Of a DNA stretch of 64,000 nucleotides, positions 39,354 through 49,912 are shown in pieces (the stretch's first letter is position 1; each line of letters starts with the position of its first letter). A program made the position numbers and the translations under genes. This DNA is from Candidatus Krumholzibacteriia bacterium (GTDB taxonomy: Bacteria > Krumholzibacteriota > Krumholzibacteriia > JAJRXK01), in assembly GCA_041484665.1 (NCBI GenBank), contig JBGPIA010000001.1:96001-160000 (forward strand), given 5' to 3'. Under the pieces are notes generated by a model that made no database searches, was not told the DNA's origin, and saw nothing but the letters and a program-made list of their open reading frames with translations.

Positions 39354-40604
39354 CTAGAGCTTCAACCCGAGGGTGACCCAGAGCTTGTTGGTGCCTGTGT
39401 CGTAGGTCTTGGCGTCGTACGCGGCGTACATGACGCTGGCGGTGTACGTCTCGTGGAAAGTGCGCTCGAGCGCCACGTCGATCTCGGTGCCGTACTCGGC
39501 ACCGCCGTTGTTGGCCTTGAACTGGTGGTAGACGCCGGTCAAACCGAAGGACGCGATCGAGGCCTGCGCCCCGGCGAAGACGTCCTCGAGCCCGTCGCTG
39601 GGCGTCGTCAGGAACTTGTCGGCCCAGCCGTTGAAGTTATGGAGCGTGGCGAGCGGCGTCTGGAACGAGTAGTCCCCGGCGAACGAGCTGAGCAGCTCGC
39701 GGCCCACCTTCAGCGTGCACTTGCCGATGCCGACGCCGAACTCACCGAAGTAATAGGACGCGTTGATCCGCGGGTCGCTGTCGGCGTATTTGCCCTGCGC
39801 GGCGTACTCGGCGGTGTACAGTGCCTTGAACCCGCCCGGCAGCGACGCTTGTCCGTTGAAGCGCAAGCCCAGGTCCCGGTGCGAGGACTGGGGTAGATGC
39901 TGCATGTTGACGAGATAGGCGTAGGCCGTCGCCGTCCCGATCGGGGTCTTGTACGCGAGGTTGAACAGCTCGCTCGAGACGTCGAGGTTTGCCAGGTTCT
40001 GGTTGGGGTTGTGCTCCCCATAGGACAGGTTCACGTTGGTGACGTGCGCGGCGAAGAGCGTGAGGTTCGGCAGCGGGCTGGTGTGCAACGTCAGTGCGTC
40101 GAAGGTCTGCTCGTTCTGGCGCCAGCCGCCGTTGCCGATGAAGCGCGAATTGTCGAGGATCATGCGCTGGCGGCCGAGCTGAAGCGATGTGTTGGGGATA
40201 CCCGACCACGAAACGTAGGCCTGGTTGACCTCCGTATCCTGGGGATCGGGCACCAGCGGCAGGTCGGTGCGCCCGTTGGCGGTGCTGTTGTACCGATCGT
40301 CCCCGACGTTCGCGATCGCCTCGATGTCGGCGTAGGCGTAGAAGTTGGCGAAGGGGGCTGTCTGATAGCCGAGCCTGGCCCGCACCGTCGATGCCAGGGC
40401 GCCCTCGGTCGCGCCCTTCTGGTCGACGCTCTCGGCCCGGTAGCGCAGGTCTACGCTCACCTTGCCGGTGGTGAGCGCGCGCGCGAACGCGTCCAGGTCT
40501 TCCGGACCGGCGGCGCTGGCGCTGGACGGCAGGCTTCCCAGCAACGCCCCAGCGGCCACGACGACGACGAGCAGCGTGCTCCTGCCCTCACTGCGAAAAC
40601 CCAT
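39354..40604 (-). CDS. Alginate-export-family outer-membrane porin
   Basis: AGGAGG RBS; signal peptide; DLRYRAESVDQ, GRQRMILDNSRFIGNGGWRQNEQTFD, FQTPLATLHNFNGWADKFL. Confidence 0.85.
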   Translation of the reverse strand: MGFRSEGRSTLLVVVVAAGALLGSLPSSASAAGPEDLDAFARALTTGKVSVDLRYRAESVDQKGATEGALASTVRARLGYQTAPFANFYAYADIEAIANVGDDRYNSTANGRTDLPLVPDPQDTEVNQAYVSWSGIPNTSLQLGRQRMILDNSRFIGNGGWRQNEQTFDALTLHTSPLPNLTLFAAHVTNVNLSYGEHNPNQNLANLDVSSELFNLAYKTPIGTATAYAYLVNMQHLPQSSHRDLGLRFNGQASLPGGFKALYTAEYAAQGKYADSDPRINASYYFGEFGVGIGKCTLKVGRELLSSFAGDYSFQTPLATLHNFNGWADKFLTTPSDGLEDVFAGAQASIASFGLTGVYHQFKANNGGAEYGTEIDVALERTFHETYTASVMYAAYDAKTYDTGTNKLWVTLGLKL

Positions 40605-40865
40605 GATCGGGACCTCCTGAGGTACCAGTGGGATGGGACGCAGCGGCCTGCGCCGTGCGGTCCCGGCGCGCGGGCGGTTGCAAGCGCCGCACCGAACCGA
40701 GGGACTTTGCGCGGTGAACCTGGCAAGTGCTTGCTGCACATCGAGATGTCGCGCCAGCGGAGGCTCGGTTCCCAGTACCAAGACCCCCGCGCGCAGGCGG
40801 ATGGACGCATGTTGGGTGGCCGGCTTCGGGCCAGTCGCGGCGTGCTGTTTCCCGAAGCGTACCGT

Positions 40866-42569
40866 CTACATGTGGACGTACCGCGGGCCGCCACCACCTT
40901 CTGGCGTCGTCCAATCGATGATCTGGTAGGGGTCCATGATGTCGCAGGTCTTGCAGTGCACGCAGTTGGAGAAGTTGATTTGGAAGGTCTGCCCGCCGCC
41001 TTCCTGGGGAAGCCACTCGTAGACGCTCGCGGGGCAGAAGTGCTGGCAGGGGTTGCCGTACTCGCGCGTGCAGCGGTCGTGGCACAGGTCGAGGTCGCGC
41101 ACCACGAGATGGCAGGGCTGGTTCTCCTCGTGGCTGGTGTCGCTGTGATAGACGTCGGTGAGCTTGTCGAAGGCGAGCGTTCCGTCGCACTTTAGCTTGT
41201 CGGGCGCAGCGCCCGCGCCGCCGGCCGCGCGCGCGTAGGGCCGCCCGTAATACTCCTGGACCGTGCGCATGTGCTCGTGGCCCGCGGGCACGCGCCACGG
41301 GTCGCGCAATCCGCGGCCGCCGGTGAGCAGCTGCAGCCCAGCGTGGACGAGCCCGGCGTACAGCCCGCCCGCGAACGCCTGGTGGAAGTTGCGCGCCTTC
41401 CAGAGCTCCTGCTTGGCCCAGCTCTGCTGGAAGCGACGCTCGTAGCCTGCCAGCGTCGCTGCGGAGAAGTCTCGCTTGCACAGCGCCTCGTAGATCGTCT
41501 CGGCCGCCAGCATGCCGCTCTTCATGCCCAGATGGATCCCCTTCAGCCGCATTCCGTTCAGGAACGCGGCCGAGTCCCCCACCACCAGCACGCCGTCGGC
41601 CCACAGCTTCGGCAGCGAGTAGTATCCGCCCTCCGGGAGGGTGGCGGCCCCGTAGTGCAGGAGCTTGCCGCCGGCCAGGATCGTCTTGAAGAACGGATGG
41701 CCCTTCAGCTGCTGCAGGCGCTCCTGGGGATCGAGGAACGGGTCCTTGTAATCCAGCCCGATGACGAGCCCCAGCGAGAGCTGTGTCTCGCTCATGGCAT
41801 ACAGGAAAGCGCCGCCGAACTCCTCGCTCTTGAGCGGATAGCCCAGCGTGTGCACGACGCTGCCCGCCCGGATGCGGCCTGCGGGAACCTCCCACAGCTC
41901 CTTGACCCCGATGGCGTAGAGCTGCGGCTGGACGGATGAGTGCAGCCCCAGCCGCGCAAACAGCTCCTTGCAGAGGCTGCCGCGTGCCCCCTCCCCAACC
42001 ACCGTGACCTTCGCGCGCAGATCGATGCCGGGCTCGAAGTTGCCTTTGCGCTGCCCCTTGCTGTCGATCCCCTTGTCACCGGTGCGCACCCCCACCACGC
42101 GCGTGCCGTCGTAGAGCATGGCAACTCCGGGAAATCCTGGAAAGATCTGCACGCCCATGTCGGAGACCTGGGGCGCCAGCCAGCGGACGACGTCCCCCAG
42201 GCTCACGACGTACTTGCCGTGGTTCTGCAGCGGCGGCGGGACGATCGGCAGCTTGAGCTTGCCGCGGCGGGTCAGCAGCAGCACGGTGTCGCCGGTGACC
42301 AGCTGATGGAACGGGCCGTCACCAGCGCGGAAGTCGGGAATGAGCTCGTCGAGGGCGCGCGGATCGAGGACGGCGCCGCTGAGGACGTGCTGGCCGACCT
42401 CGGCGGACTTCTCGATCATTGCGATCATGGGCTCGAGCTTGGGACTCTCACCGCGCTGGTTGTGCTCGGCGACCAGCCGGCCGAGGCGGTACGCCCCGGC
42501 CAGGTTGGCCGGTCCGGCACCCACGAAGAGGACGTCCACCTCGAGGGTTTCGCGCACGGTCTCCGTCAT
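40866..42569 (-). CDS. Electron transfer flavoprotein-quinone oxidoreductase
   Basis: VGAGPA, HVLSGA, GIHLGMKSGMLAAE, HEENQPCHL, CPASVYE, NCVHCKTCDI, PEGGGGP. Confidence 0.95.
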   Translation of the reverse strand: MTETVRETLEVDVLFVGAGPANLAGAYRLGRLVAEHNQRGESPKLEPMIAMIEKSAEVGQHVLSGAVLDPRALDELIPDFRAGDGPFHQLVTGDTVLLLTRRGKLKLPIVPPPLQNHGKYVVSLGDVVRWLAPQVSDMGVQIFPGFPGVAMLYDGTRVVGVRTGDKGIDSKGQRKGNFEPGIDLRAKVTVVGEGARGSLCKELFARLGLHSSVQPQLYAIGVKELWEVPAGRIRAGSVVHTLGYPLKSEEFGGAFLYAMSETQLSLGLVIGLDYKDPFLDPQERLQQLKGHPFFKTILAGGKLLHYGAATLPEGGYYSLPKLWADGVLVVGDSAAFLNGMRLKGIHLGMKSGMLAAETIYEALCKRDFSAATLAGYERRFQQSWAKQELWKARNFHQAFAGGLYAGLVHAGLQLLTGGRGLRDPWRVPAGHEHMRTVQEYYGRPYARAAGGAGAAPDKLKCDGTLAFDKLTDVYHSDTSHEENQPCHLVVRDLDLCHDRCTREYGNPCQHFCPASVYEWLPQEGGGQTFQINFSNCVHCKTCDIMDPYQIIDWTTPEGGGGPRYVHM

Positions 42570-42648
42570 CGCTGCCCAGGCTCCGGTAGGTTGGGGTTCG
42601 AGCTGATGCCACGGTGCGGAAGGGGTAGCCCCTGCCGAGGGTCATGGC

Positions 42649-42677
42649 AGTGTAGTGGGGGGGTCCACTCGCAGCAA
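42649..42677 (-). promoter_or_regulatory. Putative sigma70 promoter for ETF-QO
   Basis: Minus strand TTGCTG-N17-TACACT, 80 nt upstream of the start. Confidence 0.45.
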
Positions 42678-42852
42678 CGGGGCGCTGCTTCCTCCATTGC
42701 CGGCGCGCTGCGCGCGAGACTAAGTTGATCCTCGCGCGTGACTTGGCCCGCGGGCAGCCCCGGCGGGGACGTCGGGGGAGGTGTACCGCGTCCGCGATCG
42801 CCGAAACGTCCAGCGTAGCCTCGCACCAGCGGCGGAGCGCCCGAACCCGACC

Positions 42853-44007
42853 ATGCCCAACGCAACCCCCGGTCTCCGCCTGCTGTTCGCCGACTCCGTG
42901 CGCGTCCTGGCGGGCGCGCAGCGCTTCGTGCTCGATGCCGCCGTCGGGCTGCGCGAGCGTGGACATGCCGTGACCGTCCAGACCCACAGGGGAGCGCTCC
43001 TCGCCCAGCGCGCACGCGCTGTGGGCCTGCCCGTGCGCGAGCTGACCATGCGCACCGACGCGGCGCCGTGGACCGTCCTGCCGCTGGCCCGGTTGCTGCG
43101 CCGCGCGCCCGTCGACGCGGTGGTGACGACCTACGACAAGGACCTGCGCACGGCCGGCCTCGCGGCGCGGCTCTGCGGCCGCCGGATCGCGGTGCTGCAC
43201 AGCCGTGAGTGCGACGACCCCCTGAAGGACCGACTGCGTTACCGCCTGTTCTACAACCGCGTAGCGGACCACGTGATCACCAATAGCGAGGCCACGCGCC
43301 GCACCACGCTCGCGTCGGCACGGTGGCTGCGGCCCGAGCGCGTGAGCGTGATGTACAAGGGGATCGATCCCGCAGTCTACGAACACGCGGGTGGGTCCGC
43401 ATGGCGGGCCAAACTTGCTGTGCCTGCTGGTGTCACGGTGCTGGGATTCGCCGGGCAGCTCGTGGAGCGCAAGCGCTGCGACCGACTGCTGCGCGTGCTG
43501 GCGACGAGCGGGCTCCAGCAGCGACCGTGGCTGCTCGCCATCGCCGGCTCCGGCCCACAGGAGGAGCGCCTGCGGCGCCTGGCGGTGGAGCTGGGGCTGG
43601 CGGACCGGGTGCGCTTCAGTGGCTTCGTCGATCCCATCGCCCCCTGGTTCGCCGCCATCGATCTCTTCGTGCTGCCCTCGTTGATCGAGGGATTCGGCTA
43701 CGTCCTGGCCGAGGCCATGGCTGCGGGCAAGCCGTGCGTGTCGTACGCTGCCAGCAGTACGCCCGAGGTCGTTGAGGACGGCGTGACGGGACTGTTGGCC
43801 GCGCCCGGCGATGAGGCCGGGCTCGGCCGCGCCCTCGCCCGGCTGCTCGATGACGCACAGTTGCGCGCAGCCATGGGGAGCGCCGCGCGCCACCGGGTGC
43901 GCGAGCGCTTCACGCTGCAACGCATGATCGACGCGCTCGAGCAGCGCATTCTCACGGAGGTGGAGCGCCGCCGCTGCGCTTCGTCGCCCAAGGAGGACTT
44001 CGCATGA
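42853..44007 (+). CDS. GT4 family glycosyltransferase
   Basis: LPSLIEGFGYVLAEAMAAGKP, EVVEDGVTG. Confidence 0.9.
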   Translation: MPNATPGLRLLFADSVRVLAGAQRFVLDAAVGLRERGHAVTVQTHRGALLAQRARAVGLPVRELTMRTDAAPWTVLPLARLLRRAPVDAVVTTYDKDLRTAGLAARLCGRRIAVLHSRECDDPLKDRLRYRLFYNRVADHVITNSEATRRTTLASARWLRPERVSVMYKGIDPAVYEHAGGSAWRAKLAVPAGVTVLGFAGQLVERKRCDRLLRVLATSGLQQRPWLLAIAGSGPQEERLRRLAVELGLADRVRFSGFVDPIAPWFAAIDLFVLPSLIEGFGYVLAEAMAAGKPCVSYAASSTPEVVEDGVTGLLAAPGDEAGLGRALARLLDDAQLRAAMGSAARHRVRERFTLQRMIDALEQRILTEVERRRCASSPKEDFA

Positions 44008-44795
44008 GGCTGGCCCTCGTCCAGACCAATCCCGCGTTCGGCGAGGTGGAGCGCAACCTGAATGCTGCCGAGGCGCTGCTGCGCGGACCCAAGGCGGACG
44101 TCTACGTCCTGCCCGAGCTGTTCGCAACGGGGTATCTGTTCCGCGACCGCGCCGAGGCGGCCCAGTTGGCGGAGCCGCTGGATGGGGGCCCCACGCTGAG
44201 GCGCCTGCGCATCTGGGCCTGTGAGCTCAACGCGGCCATCGCCGCTGGGTGGCCCGAGCGCGACCACGAGCGGCTCTACAACAGCGCGGTGTTGGTGGGG
44301 CCCCAGGGCGTGCTGGCGCACTACCGCAAACTGCATCTGTTCGATCGGGAGAAGCTCCATTTCGAGGCCGGCGACAAGGAGCTGCCGGTGGTCGAATTCC
44401 GCGGCGCGCGGTTGGGGCTCATGATCTGCTTCGACTGGCGCTTCCCCGAGGCGGCGCGCACGCTGGCGCTCCAAGGCGCTGAGGTGATCCTGCATCCAAG
44501 CAACCTGGTGCAGCCCTTCTGCCCGGATGGGATGGTGACGCGCTCGCTGGAGAATTGCGTGTTCACCGCCACCTGCGACCGCTGGGGTGTGGAAGACCGC
44601 GGTGGCGGGCTGAAGATCGGCTACCTGGGGCGCAGCCAGGTGGTCGATCCCAAGGGCCGGCGCCTCGGCCAGCTCGGCGAAGCCGAGGATGGCGTCCTGC
44701 GCGTGGAGATTGATCCAGCGCAGGCGCGCGACAAGCGCGTCACCGAGCACAACGACGTGCTGGCGGATCGCCGCGTGGAGTGGTACCGCCATTAG
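44004..44795 (+). CDS. Carbon-nitrogen hydrolase (nitrilase superfamily)
   Basis: E-K-C triad: LPELF, YRKLHLF, ICFDWRFPE; ATGA overlap with the GT4 gene. Confidence 0.92.
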   Translation: MRLALVQTNPAFGEVERNLNAAEALLRGPKADVYVLPELFATGYLFRDRAEAAQLAEPLDGGPTLRRLRIWACELNAAIAAGWPERDHERLYNSAVLVGPQGVLAHYRKLHLFDREKLHFEAGDKELPVVEFRGARLGLMICFDWRFPEAARTLALQGAEVILHPSNLVQPFCPDGMVTRSLENCVFTATCDRWGVEDRGGGLKIGYLGRSQVVDPKGRRLGQLGEAEDGVLRVEIDPAQARDKRVTEHNDVLADRRVEWYRH

Positions 44796-44882
44796 ACAGG
44801 GCAACGCCACGCCGGTGCGCTCGCGTCGACCTGGGCACTTGCCCCGGCCGGTGCGCCCAGTCCGGCCGGCGCCCAACGCGGG

Positions 44883-46058
44883 TCAGGACTGCGGGTCGCC
44901 GAACAACTCCAGGTTCTCCCCCGGACGCGGTGGAACGCGGAAACGCGTGACGTCCAGCGCGAAGGCCTCGTGCTCGTCGAGGCCCAGGCGGCGGCGCGCC
45001 AGGTCGAAGCGTTGCGCCAGCAGCTGTGCGCTGGGCCCCGTGCCGGTCATCCGCGTGCCGAACCCGGGCCGGTAGAGCCTTCCATCGCGCATCTCGCGCA
45101 GCAGGCCGAGCACCTTGTCGGCCTTGCGCGGATAGTGCGCGCGCAGCCACTCGCTGAAGAGCCCCTGCACCTCACCGGGCAGCCGCAACAGGATGTAGCC
45201 GGCGGTGCGGCAGCCGGCCTGCGCGGCAGATTCGAGGATTCCCTCCAGCTCCGCATCGGTCAGCCCGGGGACGACCGGCGACGCGAGCACTCCCACCGGC
45301 ACCCCCGCCGCCGCCAGGCGACGCATGGTCTCGATCCGGCCAGCGGGGCTGGTCGCTCGCGGCTCCATGCGGCGCGCCAGCTCGCGGTCCAGGGTCGTCA
45401 CCGAGATCATCACGGCGGCCAGCCGTTGCTGCGCCATCGGGACGAGCAGGTCGAGGTCGCGCAGCACGAGCTGCGACTTGGTCACGATCGCCACGGGGTG
45501 CCGGTGCGCGGCGAGCACTTCCAGGAGCGCGCGGGTGATGCGCAGGTCGCGCTCGGCCGGCTGGTAGGGATCGGTATTGGCCCCCAGGGCCACGACCTGG
45601 GGACGGTAGCCCTTGCGCGCGAGGGCTTGCCGCAGGCGCGCGGGAGCTTGCGGTTTGGAGAAGATCCGCGTCTCGAAGTCGAGCCCCGCCGACAGCCCCA
45701 GGTAGGCGTGGGTGGGCCGTGCGAAGCAGTAGACGCAGCCGTGCTCGCAACCCTTATACGGGTTGATCGAGCGGTCGAACGGGACGTCGGGTGAGTCGTT
45801 GCGAGCGAAAGGGTCGCGTGTGCGCTCCGGCGTGACGGTGGTGGCCAGGCGCGGCGCCTCTGCCTCCACCGTGCCCCATCCGTCGTCGACGCCGATGCGA
45901 TCACGCGCCTCGAACCGCCCGGTGCGATTGGTCACCGCGCCGCGCCCGCGCAGCGGGCGGAGCGCGTCCGGCAGGGCGGCCGGGCCGGGCGCGCCTGCGG
46001 GGGCGAGGGGAGCTGATGTGCGTGGTCTGCGGCTCACGGTGACACGACGGCGGGGCAT
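44883..46058 (-). CDS. PA0069/Rv2578c-family radical SAM protein
   Basis: NDSPDVPFDRSINPYKGCEHGCVYCFARPTH, NTDPYQPAE; start uncertain. Confidence 0.9.
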   Translation of the reverse strand: MPRRRVTVSRRPRTSAPLAPAGAPGPAALPDALRPLRGRGAVTNRTGRFEARDRIGVDDGWGTVEAEAPRLATTVTPERTRDPFARNDSPDVPFDRSINPYKGCEHGCVYCFARPTHAYLGLSAGLDFETRIFSKPQAPARLRQALARKGYRPQVVALGANTDPYQPAERDLRITRALLEVLAAHRHPVAIVTKSQLVLRDLDLLVPMAQQRLAAVMISVTTLDRELARRMEPRATSPAGRIETMRRLAAAGVPVGVLASPVVPGLTDAELEGILESAAQAGCRTAGYILLRLPGEVQGLFSEWLRAHYPRKADKVLGLLREMRDGRLYRPGFGTRMTGTGPSAQLLAQRFDLARRRLGLDEHEAFALDVTRFRVPPRPGENLELFGDPQS

Positions 46059-46103
46059 GCCGTACGGCGTGCCCCGCAGTCTAGAACCGCCGCCGCGCGG
46101 CCG

Positions 46104-46616
46104 CTAGCGCGGCGCATCCTGCCGATACGTGCCGGCGTTGGGGTCGCTGTCGCTCGGGTCGATCTCGGTGGAACGCTCTGCGAGGCTCGCCAGGCCGCTG
46201 CCCGTGGAGGCCGCGTGGAAGATCAGCAGGGTGGCGCGCACGCCCCTTGAGAGCTTGCGCCCGAACACCGTGGCCTGCACGCCGTCGAGCCCGCTGGGAT
46301 CCGTGGTGAGGTCCCGGTCGCCGATGGGGAAAAACCCCGTCTGCAGTCCCACGAACACGGGCTCGCCATCCAGCGTGAGCCCGTCGCGCGAGCTGTAGGC
46401 GAGCTGTCCCTGCAGCCGCACGGCCGGCGCGCCGGCCGCGCGCGCCGCGGACGCGTTCTGCCGCTCCACGGCGGCCTCGTTGGGGGAGGCCGCGCGGGCG
46501 CGCTCCAGACGCATCCGGTTGGACGCGGTGCCTTGGGCCGGCAGCATCAGCAATGCGGCCGCCAGCGTGGCCGCAACGCCGGCGAAGAGGGAGCGGGGCA
46601 ACGGCTGGGCGATCAT
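46104..46616 (-). CDS. Hypothetical secreted protein
   Basis: AGGAGAAAGG upstream; signal-peptide-like N-terminus; same strand, just downstream of pilY1. Confidence 0.6.
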   Translation of the reverse strand: MIAQPLPRSLFAGVAATLAAALLMLPAQGTASNRMRLERARAASPNEAAVERQNASAARAAGAPAVRLQGQLAYSSRDGLTLDGEPVFVGLQTGFFPIGDRDLTTDPSGLDGVQATVFGRKLSRGVRATLLIFHAASTGSGLASLAERSTEIDPSDSDPNAGTYRQDAPR

Positions 46617-46675
46617 GGCGTGTCCTTTCTCCTGCGGTCGCGTGCCTGCCGCGGGCGTGCGGAGCCGGCCGCGCG

Positions 46676-49372
46676 TCAGTCGAACTTTTCCTTCCAGGCC
46701 TCCACCGTCAGCCGGCGGGGCTGGGCGTTCATGTCCAGCAGGTTGATCCGCGCGTCGCTGGTCTGCACGAGCACCTGCGACTCCTCGATCTGGACGACCG
46801 CCTTGGAGGCGACGCCCTCCCCCAGATCCGCGGCGCGGTCCTGGGTTGTATCGGCCGAGGGCGAGCTGCCGTCGCGGTAGTCGACATGGTAGAGCCAGGA
46901 GTGACCGCCGCCCTCGCAGGCCGTCGAGCTGGGCGCGAACGACGTGAAGTAGAGCACGCCCTCGACCACGCTGGCGGCCTCGACGACGCGCTCCCCTGGC
47001 GCCTGCACCAGGTCCAGCTTCCAGCCGGGCGCGTCCATGACGTCGTGGATCGAGCCCGTCTGGTCCACGAGATCCTGCGGCGTGCGCCCGGTCAAGGTCC
47101 CGTCATCGCGCACGCAGTAGAAGGCCTGCGCGCTGGTGTCGGCCAGATCGCCGCCCTCGACGTAGCGGCCGGTGCCGAAGTAGACGAGCAGATCGCCGTC
47201 GGGCCCCATGGCGAGCGTGGGGCGCGCCTGGATGGGCTGATCGCCCACGAAGAGCGGAGCAGCCGGCCAGTCCGTGGGTTCGCTCGCCCGCACGTCCCAA
47301 CGCCAGAGCGTGCCCGACAGGTCGCCTTGGTAGACGAAGTCGGCGTAGCCATCCCAGTCGGCGTCGTAGACGCTGGCCGCCGTGCACATGTTCGTGCTGG
47401 TGTGCTGCTCCCCAGTGGTCGCGGTGTACACCAGCGAGCCGTCCTCCATGTCCAGTACGGCGATGGAAGCGGTGCCGCCCGGGTCCGGGCCGCTGCCCGT
47501 CCACAGGAAGGTACCGACGTGCGTGCGGACCAGGGTGGGAACGGTGAACGACGAGCGGATGTCCGGGACCGCGGTCTCCCACATCACCTGCGGTGCGTAG
47601 GGATCGGTGACGTCGATGGCGAAGTAGGCATCGCCGCCCGTGCGTTGGCCGCCGACGATCACGGTGCGCCAGGTTCCGCCGAGCTTCAGCTCGTAGGCTA
47701 CGGGGCTGAGGTCCACGAACGCCTGGTGGCAGTAGGCGGGGTCGGTGAGCTTGACCAGCTTACCCAGCGCCGCCTGCGGCACGTAGGCCCATAGCTCGTC
47801 CCCCGTGGCAGCCACGAAGGCGTGGAGCATGCCATCGTTGGCACCGACGTAGATCATGTTGACGCGATCGCTCTGATCGGCCAGGTACTGCTGGTAGCTC
47901 TCGTCGAGATGGAACTCGGCAGGTCCGCCCACGACCAGCGGGGTCGAGCTGACCATGTCCCCCAACTTCCAGCCACCGCGGTCACGGTAGCCCGGCAGGT
48001 CCTCGCCGAGCACGTAGCTGATGATGTTCTGGGCCTCGGTCGGGTTGGCGGCACCCAGCGCGTCCTTGAGCTGGTCGGCGCTGCCCGGCACGAAATCCAG
48101 CGTCTGCCCGTTGTGGAACGTGAAGACCACCCGGTCGCTGGGCGAGCGCGAGCTCAGGAGAGCCCCTGCCTCCCAGACCGGCGGTGCCGACTGGGTCAGC
48201 GGCAACGCGTACGCCTCGAGGTAGCCGCGCCAGCTCCCCGGGAGGAACTTGCCGCGGTAGACGTGCCCGCCGGTCTGCTGCTCGGTAGATACAACGGCCA
48301 CGGCGGCGCCAGCGGACACGCGGCTCACGATGTTGCCCACCACCGTTCCCAAACTGGCTGCCAGGGTCTCGGTGTCCCACGCCGACTGGTACGTGCCGCC
48401 GCCATTCGCAGCCGTTGACACCAGCAGCGGGGCGTCGATGCCGAAGCCGATCGTATAAGTATGGACGTGCTGGGCGCCTGCCATGTCCGAGCGCAGGTCG
48501 GTGTGCGCGAGGTAGTACGCGACATCGTCGAGCCAGCCCGAGCAGTTGCTGGAGTTGGGCTCGGGCGCGCCGATGCTGGCACAGTTGCCCGGGTCGAGGC
48601 CATCGTGGTCGGCATCGCCGATCCAGGACGGAACGTTCAGATCCTGCGTTGGATATCCGTCGGTCACGAAGACGATGAAATTCTCCTGGCACGCGAACTC
48701 AATCGGCGCTCCCGCGCCGGTGCTCTTGAAGTAGTTCAGCGCATCCACCATCGTCTCGGCCGACGGCGTCCAGCTGTCGGCCAGTATCCCGGCCATCGCG
48801 GACGAGATCGCGCTCGCGGAGCTCCCCAGCGGTGAGACCAACGTCCCGCCCGTATCGCCGTTGAACCGCATGAGGCCGTAGCGCAGCCCGGTCGACTGCG
48901 CGAGGATGGCCTGCACCGCGGCCTTGCCCGACTCGATCTTCGTGATCTGCGGCAGCGCTGCGAGCTGGGCGGCGGTGGCGTGGAAGAAGATCCAATTCAG
49001 GTAATTGCCCAGGTAGCGGCCGGCCTGGCCCAGCTCGCACGCAACCAGCGGAGCCGAGGGACTGCTCGGCCAGGCGCTGTTGAACGAGTTCGGCGTGTAG
49101 CTCCCGGTGACCGCCACGCTGTAGGCGGTCATCGCAGTGAAGTTGCCGCTCCACGCGACGCTGGGATCGTAGTCCGGGTGGGTGAGGGCCTCGCGCATGG
49201 ACCCCGAGGAGTCGAGGATGATCAGCACGTTAGGCGGCACGACGCCCTGCGTCACCATCAGCGGGACGTCGCACTGCTGCGCCCCCACGCGCTGCGGCGG
49301 GCTCAGCCAGAGCCCGGCCGCGGCAAGGACGACAGGCGTGAGTCGTCGGAATGAGGGGTGGCGGATGTCCAT
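46676..49372 (-). CDS. pilY1: PilY1/PilC-like type IV pilus adhesin (vWA + beta-propeller)
   Basis: Signal peptide; PNVLIILDSSGSM MIDAS, VTDG, YTIGFG; LGDMVSSTP, YVGANDGMLHAF, ELWAYVP, DADWDGYAD..GDLSGTLWR, VYFGTGRY. Confidence 0.88.
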   Translation of the reverse strand: MDIRHPSFRRLTPVVLAAAGLWLSPPQRVGAQQCDVPLMVTQGVVPPNVLIILDSSGSMREALTHPDYDPSVAWSGNFTAMTAYSVAVTGSYTPNSFNSAWPSSPSAPLVACELGQAGRYLGNYLNWIFFHATAAQLAALPQITKIESGKAAVQAILAQSTGLRYGLMRFNGDTGGTLVSPLGSSASAISSAMAGILADSWTPSAETMVDALNYFKSTGAGAPIEFACQENFIVFVTDGYPTQDLNVPSWIGDADHDGLDPGNCASIGAPEPNSSNCSGWLDDVAYYLAHTDLRSDMAGAQHVHTYTIGFGIDAPLLVSTAANGGGTYQSAWDTETLAASLGTVVGNIVSRVSAGAAVAVVSTEQQTGGHVYRGKFLPGSWRGYLEAYALPLTQSAPPVWEAGALLSSRSPSDRVVFTFHNGQTLDFVPGSADQLKDALGAANPTEAQNIISYVLGEDLPGYRDRGGWKLGDMVSSTPLVVGGPAEFHLDESYQQYLADQSDRVNMIYVGANDGMLHAFVAATGDELWAYVPQAALGKLVKLTDPAYCHQAFVDLSPVAYELKLGGTWRTVIVGGQRTGGDAYFAIDVTDPYAPQVMWETAVPDIRSSFTVPTLVRTHVGTFLWTGSGPDPGGTASIAVLDMEDGSLVYTATTGEQHTSTNMCTAASVYDADWDGYADFVYQGDLSGTLWRWDVRASEPTDWPAAPLFVGDQPIQARPTLAMGPDGDLLVYFGTGRYVEGGDLADTSAQAFYCVRDDGTLTGRTPQDLVDQTGSIHDVMDAPGWKLDLVQAPGERVVEAASVVEGVLYFTSFAPSSTACEGGGHSWLYHVDYRDGSSPSADTTQDRAADLGEGVASKAVVQIEESQVLVQTSDARINLLDMNAQPRRLTVEAWKEKFD

Positions 49373-49438
49373 GGCCTTGCTCCTGGTGTGGCTGGCTCCC
49401 TTCCCGGGACCCTGGTCAGGGAGCCTGTCCGACAATTT

Positions 49439-49912
49439 CTAGAACCCCTGGTGGCCAGCGCGGCCGAGCTTGTGCACGACCAGCGCGATGTTGCTGCTGC
49501 CCTGGCGGCTGGCCTGCCCGCGGGAGTCGACGCCGTAGATGTAGTCCATGTGGCTCAGGTCGTAGCCGGCTCGGGGCCGCGTCTGCATGAACCGAATATC
49601 GAAGTCGTAGCGCTGCGTGCCGTGCAGGGTCTGCGTGGCGCTGGCGGTGACCCGCTTGCTGGCGAAATCGACGATCGGGACCGGCTTGCTGCGCACCAGC
49701 AGCCAGTTCACCGCCGCCTCGCCACCCGAGTCGGCCGACAAGAACGCGCCGGACCGGACGAACTCATTGAAGGCCCCGCGGCGCTCATCGACGGCCAGGT
49801 GCGCGGCGGCGAGCGCGAACACGGCGAGCAGGCTCAGGGCGAGCATTGCACTGACCATGCCGATGCCGTCCTGGGAAGCCAGCAGGGCGAAAAGTGGGTT
49901 GCGCCTGGACAT
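49439..49912 (-). CDS. PilX-like minor pilin
   Basis: Prepilin-like QDG|IGMVSAMLALSLLAVFA, then AFLSADSG; directly upstream of pilY1. Confidence 0.7.
   Translation of the reverse strand: MSRRNPLFALLASQDGIGMVSAMLALSLLAVFALAAAHLAVDERRGAFNEFVRSGAFLSADSGGEAAVNWLLVRSKPVPIVDFASKRVTASATQTLHGTQRYDFDIRFMQTRPRAGYDLSHMDYIYGVDSRGQASRQGSSNIALVVHKLGRAGHQGF

Noticed and set aside
44883..46058. Radical SAM enzyme as maturase of the peptides
   Set aside because: PA0069/SPL-like family with no RRE or SPASM domain, and about 41 kb away
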